64,000 nt of DNA from Patescibacteria group bacterium. GTDB lineage: Bacteria > Patescibacteriota > Microgenomatia > UBA10105 > UBA927. The translations under genes and the position numbers were made by a program. Under the pieces are notes generated by a model. It was not told where the DNA came from. It did not search any database and saw only the letters and a list, made by a program, of their open reading frames with translations. Below are positions 1 through 9,855 of this stretch, in pieces (position 1 is the first letter of the stretch; each line of letters starts with the position of its first letter). The stretch lies in assembly GCA_049322955.1 (NCBI GenBank), contig JBMOPU010000012.1, positions 83,581-147,580 of the forward strand, written 5' to 3'.

Positions 1-984
1 GAGGAACGCAAACACACAAAATATCATTCCCCAATACAGGAGAGAAAAATTTTTTTTCGCAATCCATACAGGAATACCCGCAATAGTACCACCCACAATG
101 ATGAACATGGTTTTCCCCAGTTGAAGGGACAGCGGATCCTGTTCCAGTACTCCACCATACCCCCAAGGTGAATGCCATAGCCCGCCTATCGTTAAAAGAA
201 AGAAGTTAAGGGGAAACGCGTAGAGAGTGGAGGTGTGTATATATCGGGATTCAATAAGGAGCGGAATCCAATACCATCCGCTTACCCCCAGCGCTATAAG
301 GACGGAAATAAAAACACAAAGCAAAAACGGCTTTACCGGGGGTCGAATACGCATGTATGCATAGAAAAGATACGGCAAATAAAACATCCCGTACAAAAGG
401 CCTGTTATGTGGTGTGTTGAAACAAGCGCTCCGGTAAGGAGCCCCGTGCCGATACATGCAACCCTCGAGCGCTCTTTTACCATCTTCCAATGCAGAAGGA
501 GTATCCACGGAAGGAGCGAAAGTCCGGCAAATTCCGCAAGCGCACCGCGTATATACAAATCAGTTGCGCGATACGGTGCATAACTATACAGCAGGGCTCC
601 GACGAAAGCTCCGATAGTATTGTTGGTTAATGCCCTAAGCCAAAGAAATATGCCAAGCGCTCCACCGATAATAAATAACCCGCTTAACAGCTTCACTGAA
701 GTAAGCGCGCTCAAGCCAGCGATACTTATGATCGCACCGGCGGCATACACAAGAGGAGAATAGAATATAAAGAGCGGATACCCGTGTCCGTACAGCAAAT
801 TATCCGACCATCGTGCCGGAAAATCTCCGTTTTGAAGTGATGCTTTATATTCCAGAACCCTCTGTACACTAAAGTCATCATGACTATGATAGTAGCCTTC
901 TTGCAATAAGGGAGAAAGAAGCGGGAACTGGAGAAAGAGAAGAAGCACCAGAAATATCCATGGTTTTTTTACAAATACATCCAT
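1..984 (-). CDS. Partial (N-terminal 328 aa; runs off the left edge) polytopic membrane protein. Contains HSHDDFSVQRVLEYK...GDFPARW...GYPLFIFYSPLVY, resembling PTPS-related/YfhO-like membrane proteins; putative GT-C-like glycosyltransferase.
   Basis: I translated the minus strand from ATG at 984-982 to position 1 with no stop. It has multiple hydrophobic segments and a PTPS-related-like motif block. It is absent from the ORF track because it is not closed by a stop inside the window. Confidence 0.5.
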   Translation of the reverse strand, partial: MDVFVKKPWIFLVLLLFLQFPLLSPLLQEGYYHSHDDFSVQRVLEYKASLQNGDFPARWSDNLLYGHGYPLFIFYSPLVYAAGAIISIAGLSALTSVKLLSGLFIIGGALGIFLWLRALTNNTIGAFVGALLYSYAPYRATDLYIRGALAEFAGLSLLPWILLLHWKMVKERSRVACIGTGLLTGALVSTHHITGLLYGMFYLPYLFYAYMRIRPPVKPFLLCVFISVLIALGVSGWYWIPLLIESRYIHTSTLYAFPLNFFLLTIGGLWHSPWGYGGVLEQDPLSLQLGKTMFIIVGGTIAGIPVWIAKKNFSLLYWGMIFCVFAFL

Positions 985-1096
985 GAGAGTATAGTACCTT
1001 TTTCTTGCATCTCCCGCTTTACGTATTGAGCGGGTCGGTCGTCTCCCCTTTCTCGGGTATCGCGTCGCGTGATACACTACCGTTGTTTTTCACCCT

Positions 1097-1483
1097 ATGA
1101 GAACGGTGACGCTACCACGTTTCTTTGACGACGCGCTTCTTTTATCCACACAACACAGGAGGGTGCTTCCGTTTGCAATAAAACGGGTTTTTTTTATTAA
1201 GGACATCAAAAAAAATACCATTCGGGGAAAACATGCGCATAAACGCACCAGGCAAGCGCTTTTTTGTCTCCAGGGATCGGTAAAAATCCTCCTGGATAAC
1301 GGTAAACGGAAAAAAGTCTACACGCTTTCCACACCACATAAGGGGGTATTTATCGATCGCCTCGTGTGGTCTGAGATGTTTGACTTTAGCGAGGATGCAC
1401 TGCTCGTAATTTTTGCATCTGACTATTTTACCCCCGATGAATATATCCGCGATTATAAAAAATTCCTGAAAGCAGTGAGATGA
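1097..1483 (+). CDS. Small cupin, WxcM-C/FdtA/QdtA-like sugar 3,4-ketoisomerase (dTDP-4-keto-6-deoxyhexose isomerase).
   Basis: 128 aa with IRGKHAHKRTRQALFCLQGS...DNG, the WxcM-like/FdtA signature (RGxHAHK...Q...C). It sits directly upstream of a DegT-family aminotransferase and overlaps it by 4 nt. Confidence 0.6.
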   Translation: MRTVTLPRFFDDALLLSTQHRRVLPFAIKRVFFIKDIKKNTIRGKHAHKRTRQALFCLQGSVKILLDNGKRKKVYTLSTPHKGVFIDRLVWSEMFDFSEDALLVIFASDYFTPDEYIRDYKKFLKAVR

Positions 1484-2583
1484 ATATGAGAATTGCCATG
1501 AATGATTTTGCGAAAGAGTACGCCTCGCATAACAAAAAACTTTTGCGGCGACTCGACGCTTTTTTTTCTGAAGGCAATTATATTTTGGGACCCAATGTTC
1601 TTGCTTTTGAGAACGAGTTTGCCCGCCATATGGGATCCCGATACGGTATTGGCGTCGCAAACGGATTGGAGGCGCTTCAAATTGCCCTGTTGGGTCTCGG
1701 TATAGGAAAGGGTGATGAGGTTATTACCGTATCAAATACAGATGCGGCAACGGTACTTGCCATCATTTTTACCGGAGCGACCCCGGTGTTTATTGATATT
1801 GATGAGTATTACCATATGGATCCCGGGCAATTGGCGAAAGCGGTTACCAACCGAACGAAAGCAATTATTCCGGTTCATCTTTTCGGTCAAACGGCGGATA
1901 TGAAGGGGGTGCTGACCGTGGCAAAGAACCATAATCTGTTTCTCATCGAAGACGCATGTCAGGCGCACGGTGCTCGATATCATGGCAAAAAAGCAGGAAC
2001 ATTCGGAGATGCGGGTTGTTTCAGCTTTTATCCCACCAAAAATCTCGGGGCAATTGGTGATGCTGGTGCCATTATTACCAAGCGCAAGTTTCTGTACACG
2101 CGCTCAATGCTCCTTCGCAACCGAGGATCACTCAAGCGCGCCATACATATCCTTCCCGGCCTCAATAGCAGGCTTGATGAGTTACAGGCGGTAATTCTTC
2201 GCGACAAACTCCCCAGGTTGGAAGCAATGAATGAAAAACGAAGAACAATTGCTCGTTGGTATGGAGAGATGCTTGCCGGACTTCCCGAAGTTGAATTACC
2301 GAAGGAGCGAAGTGGGGCAAAACATGTGTACCATCTGTATGTTATTCGTGTACGGCAACGGGAAAAGCTTCAACGTTATTTACTTCGTCATGGAGCGACG
2401 ACTCTTATTCACTACCCGCTTCCCCTTCATCAGCAGAAGCCTTTTCGTCGCTATTCCCGTCATCCGCTCCCGGTGACCGAACGGTATGCAAAAGAAATTC
2501 TTTCCCTTCCCATCCATCCCTATATGACCAAAACGGAAATTATCTATATAAGTAAGCTTATTTGCAGATTTTATAAAAAATAA
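1480..2583 (+). CDS. DegT/DnrJ/EryC1/StrS-family PLP-dependent sugar aminotransferase (FdtB/QdtB/WecE-like).
   Basis: 367 aa with typical family blocks (GVANGLEALQIAL, FDIDEYYHMD, IPVHLFGQTADM, EDACQAHGARYHGKKAGTFGDAGCFSFYPTKNLGA). Confidence 0.85.
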   Translation: MNMRIAMNDFAKEYASHNKKLLRRLDAFFSEGNYILGPNVLAFENEFARHMGSRYGIGVANGLEALQIALLGLGIGKGDEVITVSNTDAATVLAIIFTGATPVFIDIDEYYHMDPGQLAKAVTNRTKAIIPVHLFGQTADMKGVLTVAKNHNLFLIEDACQAHGARYHGKKAGTFGDAGCFSFYPTKNLGAIGDAGAIITKRKFLYTRSMLLRNRGSLKRAIHILPGLNSRLDELQAVILRDKLPRLEAMNEKRRTIARWYGEMLAGLPEVELPKERSGAKHVYHLYVIRVRQREKLQRYLLRHGATTLIHYPLPLHQQKPFRRYSRHPLPVTERYAKEILSLPIHPYMTKTEIIYISKLICRFYKK

Positions 2584-2597
2584 GTAATTTTGTGACA

Positions 2598-3296
2598 ATG
2601 AAGCACACCGGTATATCCGTTTTTTTTCCCTGCTATAACGACGCCAAAAGTATCGGCACGCTCGTCTCTGATGCGGCTTCGGTGCTTCGCAAGCTGTGCA
2701 ATGACTGGGAAATTATTGTGGTAAATGACGGATCAACCGATGAAAGCGCGTCGGTATTGGCGCACCTGGCAAAGTCACTTCCGCAACTTCGCATCATTAC
2801 GCATCTGCGGAACCAAGGGTATGGCGCCGCATTACGAAGCGGGTTTGTCGCGGCAAGAAAGCCGTATATCTTCTACACCGACGGTGATGGCCAGTATGAC
2901 GTAAAGGAACTCGCAATACTTCTTCCCTTAATGACGAAAGAGATTGATTTTGTTAACGGTATAAAAATATCCCGCAAAGATCCGACTTACCGCGTGGTGT
3001 TGGGGAACTGGTACAGTCTTGTCGCCCGATGGCTTTTTTGGTTGCCCATATACGATGTCGATTGCGATTTTCGCCTGATACGGGCATCAGTGCTTCGAAA
3101 AATAAAACTGACAAGCAACAGCGGCGCCATTTGCGTTGAACTGGTGAAGAAAGCCCAACGTGCAGGAGCAAGATTCCGGCAGGTTTCCGTGCATCATTTT
3201 GAACGAAGACACGGAGCTTCACAGTTTTTTCGCATTGATAGACTTCTCACAACTCTGGAAGAATTGGTGCGGTTACGCATGGAACTTCTCTCATAA
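2598..3296 (+). CDS. Family 2 glycosyltransferase (DPM1/polyprenyl-phosphate sugar synthase-like).
   Basis: Has FFPCYNDAKSIG...VVNDGSTDES...YTDGDGQYD, the GT2 DxD architecture. The ORF track starts at GTG 2592; the first ATG is at 2598. Confidence 0.8.
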   Translation: MKHTGISVFFPCYNDAKSIGTLVSDAASVLRKLCNDWEIIVVNDGSTDESASVLAHLAKSLPQLRIITHLRNQGYGAALRSGFVAARKPYIFYTDGDGQYDVKELAILLPLMTKEIDFVNGIKISRKDPTYRVVLGNWYSLVARWLFWLPIYDVDCDFRLIRASVLRKIKLTSNSGAICVELVKKAQRAGARFRQVSVHHFERRHGASQFFRIDRLLTTLEELVRLRMELLS

Positions 3297-3333
3297 TCCG
3301 TGGTACGTTAATACAGTGGAGAGCAAACAATAC

Positions 3334-5070
3334 ATGAAATTTTTCCGGACATTTCGGCATACGTACGGCCGGTTTTTCATGGTAGGTGTTCTTTTGTTTA
3401 TTCTCACGGTCATTGTTACGTTTCCGCTAATTCTCCGGTTCAACAGTATCCTTCCCGGAACCCGTGACACGTTTATTTACCTATGGACGCTTTGGTGGTT
3501 TGCATACTCGTTGCTATCCCTCCATCAGATTCCTTTATATACCGATTTATTGTTTTATCCAACGCCGATCAATATCGCTCAGGATGTATCACTTATTCAC
3601 GGCTTAATCGCCATGCCGATCACCCATTTTTTCGGACCGATTGCGGGGTATAACTTTGTAATTTTTTTCACGTTTATCGTTACGGGATTGGGGCTTTTTC
3701 TTTTCCTGCGATTACTCACAAAACATACGTGGGCGGCTTGTATAGGGTCGGTTATCTTCACCTTTTCGTATTATCGGATCTTTCGGGCACTTATCGGACA
3801 TCTCGACCTTGCCTCAACCGAGTGGTACGGTTTCGCACTGTATTTTTTAAGTCTGCTTTTTATTTATCGGAAGCATGAGTGGAAAAATTATTTCGGTGCC
3901 GCGGGATTCATGGCACTGACTGCCTACACGGAATATCGGAGTTTTTCGTACTTTCTTATTTTTTCCGGGGTCTTTTTTGCGGGCTCCGTTTTTGTACACC
4001 TTGCGGTCGACAGAACAAAGAAAGTAACCACGCAGTTATTTGAAGGATTGATTGCCTATGCGCACACACTGGTGCTCCTTTTCATATTTATCATTCCGCT
4101 TATTGCCGTGAACATAACCAAAACGTTCGATGTGCAATTTGCTCCGACGTACCCTGAATTTAACGCCCCCCCCATTGCTTTTATCGCCCCCCCCTGCTCA
4201 ATCATTGTCTCCCAACTCTTGCCCGGATGTTATACATCGAAATCCTGGGAAGGAAATATCGTGTATTTGGGCATTATTCCAATGCTCCTTTCCGCGATAC
4301 TTTTTTTTCAGAAAAAAACAGCACAGGAAAAAATATATCTTTTACTCTTTGCCATCATTTTTATCGTTTTTGTGCTTTTTGCTATGGGCACCAGCACCCC
4401 GCTTTTTTCCTGGTTGTTTTACCATATCTCTCTCTTTCGGATCATGCGCGTGCCGAGCAGATTTGTTGTGATTGCGGAAATAAGTATGGCCGTATTCGCC
4501 GCTTTTGCAACGAAACATCTGTTGGACAGTATTCACGGCAAGACAAAAAAAGGCATTATTATGGTGAGCCTTTTATTCCTCCTTACCGTCGAAGCGTTGC
4601 CACGCAATCTGCCCGTTGTGGATATCGAAAAAATTCCCGACGAGCATTTACGAGTATTGCGACAATCCCGTAACTATGCCGTGCTTGAAATTCCCTTCGG
4701 ATTTCGGGGCAATATTTATGAAACAATCGGTTCGCATTTCAATGATATAAGTTTTTATTATCAAATCCGCCATCGGATCCCGTTAATAGGAGGGTACATG
4801 TCCATGATCGATAAAGATACCTGGATAAAAGCGAGAAGAAACCAACTGATTCAAAAAATGGCCTTGTGTCAGACGACGACACAATGCGATGACCTAGATG
4901 ACGGAGATCGGGAGCAATTCAGCCATGTGTTTAAGATCCGTTACGTGATATTTCACGACGATCAGCATAAAGCCCTCGAGCGATATCTCATTGACGGGTT
5001 CGGACTTATTCCGCTCTACCAGAAGGGAAGCGTAGCCGTTTGGGAAAATCCCGCAATCGGAATGCAATGA
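3334..5070 (+). CDS. Large polytopic membrane protein of the glycan locus (GT-C-like/YfhO-like fold suspected); function unknown.
   Basis: About 578 aa from ATG 3334; the track ORF from 3160 overlaps the GT2 stop. More than 10 hydrophobic segments. Contains two C8 homopolymer tracts at 4166-4173 and 4187-4194. Confidence 0.55.
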   Translation: MKFFRTFRHTYGRFFMVGVLLFILTVIVTFPLILRFNSILPGTRDTFIYLWTLWWFAYSLLSLHQIPLYTDLLFYPTPINIAQDVSLIHGLIAMPITHFFGPIAGYNFVIFFTFIVTGLGLFLFLRLLTKHTWAACIGSVIFTFSYYRIFRALIGHLDLASTEWYGFALYFLSLLFIYRKHEWKNYFGAAGFMALTAYTEYRSFSYFLIFSGVFFAGSVFVHLAVDRTKKVTTQLFEGLIAYAHTLVLLFIFIIPLIAVNITKTFDVQFAPTYPEFNAPPIAFIAPPCSIIVSQLLPGCYTSKSWEGNIVYLGIIPMLLSAILFFQKKTAQEKIYLLLFAIIFIVFVLFAMGTSTPLFSWLFYHISLFRIMRVPSRFVVIAEISMAVFAAFATKHLLDSIHGKTKKGIIMVSLLFLLTVEALPRNLPVVDIEKIPDEHLRVLRQSRNYAVLEIPFGFRGNIYETIGSHFNDISFYYQIRHRIPLIGGYMSMIDKDTWIKARRNQLIQKMALCQTTTQCDDLDDGDREQFSHVFKIRYVIFHDDQHKALERYLIDGFGLIPLYQKGSVAVWENPAIGMQ

Positions 5071-5189
5071 TGCGTCGCAGAAAAGGCCTCTTATAACACC
5101 AGAGATAATCTCGTGACTCAAAATATGTTCCCCTGGAAATATGTGGATGCTTGCTTTATCCTAGTAGCGCCAAAAAAGGTAATACAACT

Positions 5190-6314
5190 ATGCGTGTGAC
5201 TCTGTATCGGGATTACAAGGAAGAAGGATGGGAAAGCATGGAGGTCTATGCGGATAATCTGCATCGGTCACTGACAATGAGAAGAAAAGATCTCTCCGTG
5301 GGTGAATTCACCGCTCTTCCCGCTCTTTCACGGATATTTGCGGCAAACAATAAATTCCTTCGTTACTTTTTTCGTTTTGTCATTAATCCATTCTTTGCCA
5401 AATGGCATCAGGGGGATGTCAACCATATTATTGACCAGGCCAACGCGCATCTGCTGTATCGATTAGATCCCCGAAAAACAGTCGTCACTTGTCACGATCT
5501 TATCGTGCCCTATTGGGTTATGCACAACGTTCCGCAAACATATAAGAAGCGCATAAAAAGACTCGGCGAATTATGGAGGATACGTTTTTTAAAGAAAGCC
5601 GCAAAAATCATCGCCGTTTCACAGGCAACAAAAGATGATATCGTTCATACGCTTGGCATAGATCCCGGAAAAATTGTCGTTATTCACGAAGGCGTTGACG
5701 ATTTTTTCAAAAAACGGCCCGATGAACGAGATCTGCGTAAAGCAAAGATCGACCTTATGCTTCCCCGTCGGTATATCCTGCATGTGGGGACGACGCATGA
5801 GTATAAAAACATGGAAACGCTTATTTCGCTCTTCGCATCGCTGAGAAAAAAAGATAAAAATCTTTTTTTGGTAAAAGTGGGAGCACCGTGGACGGCTGAT
5901 CAACAGGTGCTTATTGAACGGCTCGGCTTGGGTAACTTTATACGTCACCTGGGATTTATTACCAAACGGGAACTTCCCGCGGTGTATCGTATGGCGGTCG
6001 CATTGGTACATCCGTCTCGTACGGAGGGATTCGGATTTACCGTTTTGGAAGCCATGGCAAGCGGCTGTCCGGTTATCGTGTCGGATATTCCCGCGCTTCG
6101 TGAACTTGTCGATACTGCCGGCATCTATATTCACCCCCTGCTCACAAAAAAAGATATACAACGTGTGGCCAGCCTCCTCAACTCTCCCCCTCTCTTACGT
6201 ACATATAGACTGCGCGGTCATAAACGTGCGGTGCGCTATTCTTGGCAAAATTGCGCAAGACAAACATACGGTCTTTATCAAGAAATAGTAAAGCGCAACA
6301 TACACCAACGATGA
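5190..6314 (+). CDS. GT4-family glycosyltransferase (retaining GT-B).
   Basis: C-terminal EGFGFTVLEAMASGCPVIVSDIPALRELV (the EX7E GT4 motif region); the first ATG is at 5190. Confidence 0.8.
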   Translation: MRVTLYRDYKEEGWESMEVYADNLHRSLTMRRKDLSVGEFTALPALSRIFAANNKFLRYFFRFVINPFFAKWHQGDVNHIIDQANAHLLYRLDPRKTVVTCHDLIVPYWVMHNVPQTYKKRIKRLGELWRIRFLKKAAKIIAVSQATKDDIVHTLGIDPGKIVVIHEGVDDFFKKRPDERDLRKAKIDLMLPRRYILHVGTTHEYKNMETLISLFASLRKKDKNLFLVKVGAPWTADQQVLIERLGLGNFIRHLGFITKRELPAVYRMAVALVHPSRTEGFGFTVLEAMASGCPVIVSDIPALRELVDTAGIYIHPLLTKKDIQRVASLLNSPPLLRTYRLRGHKRAVRYSWQNCARQTYGLYQEIVKRNIHQR

Positions 6315-7486
6315 ATATTGTTTTTGTTTCACTAAAATCGCCGGTCTCGTATTTGGGAGGTGCGGAAATACTTACGTTTGTGCTTGCCGAATCGCTTGTC
6401 AGTTCGGGGCATCGGGTAACTATCTATACCGCCGGAAACGGCGTGCGGAGAGTGCTCCGGGGCGTCACGATACAGGAGGTCAGGCTTTTTCGATTACCGT
6501 TGCGTTTCCGCACGACATTATTGCCATTGTACTCATTTGTTTTGCAATTTTTTTTCTATTTTAATAAAGATTTTCGCAACGCTTCTATCGTTCATGCCGT
6601 TGACAGTTCCGCCATCATGCTTCTTGCGGGTTGGCAATTTCTTGAAAAAAAACTCGTCGCGACCATCCAGGACTATACGCTTATTTGGCCAAAAAAAGAT
6701 TATTTTTCATACGGAAGCGAAAGAAAACGCGATCGCTCCATTGTGACCGCATTTGCCGAAGGAATCCGTCAAAAGAATAGTTACGCCGCTTTGCATAAAC
6801 TGACACATGTCATATGCGTCAGCGACTATGTCGCCAAACGATACAAGGAAGTGAACGATAAGACAAAAATTTCCGTTATAGGAAACGGTGTATCATCCGG
6901 ATGGAAAATGCCGCGGGCGATACATAAGCGAGACATCGACATACTGTATGTCGGCAAATTGATGCCGTATAAAGGACTGGATATCCTCCTTGATGCCCTT
7001 CCTTTATTGCCGAAATCTAGTAGGGTTAGCGTAGTTATTGTCGGGGAAGGGTTGCATGAGCGATATAAAAAACAATTACAAAAACTACGAATTCCCCATG
7101 AGGTGCTATTTACCGGCCCGATCCCGTATCGGGATATTCCCGATTTTTATCAGCGGTCAAAAATAGTCATATCGCCCTCTATTTGGCCTGAGCCCTGCGG
7201 GCGATCCATCATTGAAGCAATGTGGATGGGATGTGCAGTCGTGGCGACGAGCGTCGGCGGTACTCCGGAATCACTTGTAGATACACTACACGGGTATCTT
7301 GTTCCCCCCAACGATCCTAAAGCAATTGCCCGTGCAACGGGATACCTGCTTGCGCACCCCGTCATTCGCGACAGAATCGGCCGGCAGGCCGCATCATATG
7401 CACGAAAAAATTATTCGGCTCGGAGAATAGCCCGTGAGTACGTAAAATTCTATAGCTTGATAAAATCCCAACGACTGGTAATATAA
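6311..7486 (+). CDS. GT4-family glycosyltransferase.
   Basis: Has EPCGRSIIEAMWMGCAVVATSVGGTPESL. ATG 6311 overlaps the upstream stop as ATGA. Confidence 0.8.
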   Translation: MNIVFVSLKSPVSYLGGAEILTFVLAESLVSSGHRVTIYTAGNGVRRVLRGVTIQEVRLFRLPLRFRTTLLPLYSFVLQFFFYFNKDFRNASIVHAVDSSAIMLLAGWQFLEKKLVATIQDYTLIWPKKDYFSYGSERKRDRSIVTAFAEGIRQKNSYAALHKLTHVICVSDYVAKRYKEVNDKTKISVIGNGVSSGWKMPRAIHKRDIDILYVGKLMPYKGLDILLDALPLLPKSSRVSVVIVGEGLHERYKKQLQKLRIPHEVLFTGPIPYRDIPDFYQRSKIVISPSIWPEPCGRSIIEAMWMGCAVVATSVGGTPESLVDTLHGYLVPPNDPKAIARATGYLLAHPVIRDRIGRQAASYARKNYSARRIAREYVKFYSLIKSQRLVI

Positions 7487-7491
7487 GTGAT

Positions 7492-8307
7492 ATGAAAAAA
7501 TTGAAGCTCATAGTAAAGAACACTCGCCTTCTTGCCGTTGTGGGTATAGTTCTTATAGGAATTATTTTTTCGGGTATTCTTGCCTACCAGCTGTATATCC
7601 AGAAACCCACCTATGTCACCGTTCGTATTAAGGGTAGCCCGGGAAATTGGTGGTGGGTAACTCCCCGCCCTCCCGATTGGTTAGCTAGCTCGATTCGTCC
7701 CGGCGATAAAGAATTTAATGCAACAAATAAAGCAATTGCCGAGGTTATGTCGGTGGACGTCTATGATGCGGGAGGACCGACAAAAGACGTGTATCTTACC
7801 GCAAAGCTGGATGTGCGATACAACGCACAGACAAAAAAATACCGATATAAGGGCGAACCCCTTGAAATAGGCGGTCCGATCAGTTTAAGTCTTGGGAGCA
7901 CATTCTTCCCCGGTATGGTAACAAGCATTGCCGGTGAGAATGGCGGTGCCAAACAATATAAAAATATTATCGTCCATATACGATATAGAGACCGATGGCC
8001 GCACGAGTTTGAGGCTCTCAAAATCGGTGAAAAAATCCTTGACGGGGATAACAATGCCATTGCGGAAATAATCGCGAAAGAACGAAGACCGGCGGAGCGG
8101 GAGGTGCACACGGCAACCGGCCAGGTGCTCCAGCGCTTTAGTCCCGTTCTCGATGATTTTTTTGTTACCTTACGGCTTGCCGTTGAAACACGCGGGGAAC
8201 AATACGTCTATCGTGAGGAGCAATACATCAAGGTGGGTAATCAGCTGTGGCTTCTGTTCCCCCATTACAATCTAAGCGGTCCGACGATCACGAAGATAGA
8301 AGAGTAA
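7492..8307 (+). CDS. Hypothetical protein with an N-terminal signal-anchor and a large extracytoplasmic domain.
   Basis: 271 aa with one N-terminal transmembrane segment (LLAVVGIVLIGIIFSGILAY). No recognisable catalytic motif. Confidence 0.45.
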   Translation: MKKLKLIVKNTRLLAVVGIVLIGIIFSGILAYQLYIQKPTYVTVRIKGSPGNWWWVTPRPPDWLASSIRPGDKEFNATNKAIAEVMSVDVYDAGGPTKDVYLTAKLDVRYNAQTKKYRYKGEPLEIGGPISLSLGSTFFPGMVTSIAGENGGAKQYKNIIVHIRYRDRWPHEFEALKIGEKILDGDNNAIAEIIAKERRPAEREVHTATGQVLQRFSPVLDDFFVTLRLAVETRGEQYVYREEQYIKVGNQLWLLFPHYNLSGPTITKIEE

Positions 8308-8310
8308 CAC

Positions 8311-9855
8311 ATGGATAACACTGTCTATCCGGGTGCCATAAATGAGGTGCATTACGGGCTTCAAAAACAGACCCCCAGTTATCAAAGTGAATTTCCTAAC
8401 GATCTTCCCTTTGACCCCGGAGCAACCTCAAGTCTTTTTGAACTCAACTATTTTCCCTCGACGGCGTCGAGGCTTCTACTTATGATTCCGCTGGTGTTAC
8501 TTCTTTTTCTGTTTTTTTTTCGTAAATATGCAAAAAACAGACAGGGGGAATTATTATTTCTTATCGCGATGTCGCTTGTTTTTTTTGGTCCGCTAAGGCT
8601 TCCTTCATTCCTGCAATTTAATACGACACTCGGGTTAGTCAAAGGCGTAGGACTGTTGCTCCTCTTATATACTTTTGTTGGAATTGTCGTGAGAAAAGTG
8701 CGCTTTGATATTTTTGCCATACCTTCGCTTGTAAGGGTGGGTTCTTATGTGCTGAGCCTGATGCTTTCCGTATTGGTTATGACGAACCCCAGTTTTTTCC
8801 TTGACGATTTCGGTATTGTCATCACCGGCTTGTTATTTTATTTTTTCGGTTATCTATATTTTTCATGGGAAATGGCAAAAACGCTACTCCTTATGTGGGC
8901 ACGACTCCTAGTTATCCCCAGTTTTATGGTGATATTCATTTTTTTGAATAACGCGATCGGTAAAGAACTGGTTTCTCTCCTGTTTCAGCGGTATGATAAC
9001 TTTGTTTTTTTGCATGATCTGAATAGAGGAAGAATTTTTTCCGTTATCGACTTTGAGTACTTTATTCCGTGCATCGCAATGTTCTTTGTTGTCGCCAAAA
9101 CCCAGAGAAAACACCTGGCCGGATATCAGTTTGCATTGCTTACCGCGCTTTCGTTTATCGCAATATTGCTGGTGAATTATCGGTATAGATTTCTTACCTA
9201 CATGTTGGGACTTGTTACGGTGTCATTTCTTCTTAAAAAATTTTCTCCGATCATACGAAAATATACGACGATTATTATCGTTTCACTCGGCACCCTCTAT
9301 TTCTTTTTCTCTTTAGCATTTTTTAGATCAACAATTCTCGATCGGTTTTTGGTAAGAAACTATGCGGAAGATCAGGTGAGTATTGAGCGGCGATTTACGA
9401 TGTACGGTCAGGCTTGGGAGCTCTTTACACAAAAACCGATTCTCGGAGTAGGCCTCGGAAACTATAAGGATAACGTTCAAATAGTTTATTCACGATTTGG
9501 AGGTAGAACGTACGAACCGTACTATAAAATTCTCCAAAACGTCTATGCATACCCGCATAATTGGTTTCTCACCGTACTTGCGGAAAACGGCATTGTCGGA
9601 TTTGCGGTATTGATGTGGATGCTTATCATGTTCGGGGTGATGGATTTCAGGCTATACAAAAAACTTCCCCTGGAAAACCACGCAATTTTTGTGATTATAA
9701 GCACGATCAGCTGGTTATATATCTTTGCAAATATGTTCACGATGATGCACGTATCACTTCCCATGGTAATCGTTTTCTGGGCGTGTCGCGGAATGATCGA
9801 ACGGATGTATCTTGATCTGTCGATACAGAAGAAACTTCGCTCAGCGCGAAAGTAA
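8311..9855 (+). CDS. O-antigen ligase/polymerase-family membrane protein (Wzy/WaaL-like).
   Basis: 514 aa polytopic protein with GVGLGNYKD...YAYPHNWFLTVLAENGIVGFAVLMWML, typical of the Wzy_C/O-antigen ligase domain. Confidence 0.7.
   Translation: MDNTVYPGAINEVHYGLQKQTPSYQSEFPNDLPFDPGATSSLFELNYFPSTASRLLLMIPLVLLLFLFFFRKYAKNRQGELLFLIAMSLVFFGPLRLPSFLQFNTTLGLVKGVGLLLLLYTFVGIVVRKVRFDIFAIPSLVRVGSYVLSLMLSVLVMTNPSFFLDDFGIVITGLLFYFFGYLYFSWEMAKTLLLMWARLLVIPSFMVIFIFLNNAIGKELVSLLFQRYDNFVFLHDLNRGRIFSVIDFEYFIPCIAMFFVVAKTQRKHLAGYQFALLTALSFIAILLVNYRYRFLTYMLGLVTVSFLLKKFSPIIRKYTTIIIVSLGTLYFFFSLAFFRSTILDRFLVRNYAEDQVSIERRFTMYGQAWELFTQKPILGVGLGNYKDNVQIVYSRFGGRTYEPYYKILQNVYAYPHNWFLTVLAENGIVGFAVLMWMLIMFGVMDFRLYKKLPLENHAIFVIISTISWLYIFANMFTMMHVSLPMVIVFWACRGMIERMYLDLSIQKKLRSARK

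Noticed and set aside
3160-3333. Upstream extension of the 3334-5070 membrane-protein ORF (the track starts at 3160)
   Set aside because: The extension overlaps the 3' 137 nt of the GT2 gene in another frame. The ATG at 3334 follows the GT2 stop and begins directly with the hydrophobic N-terminus.
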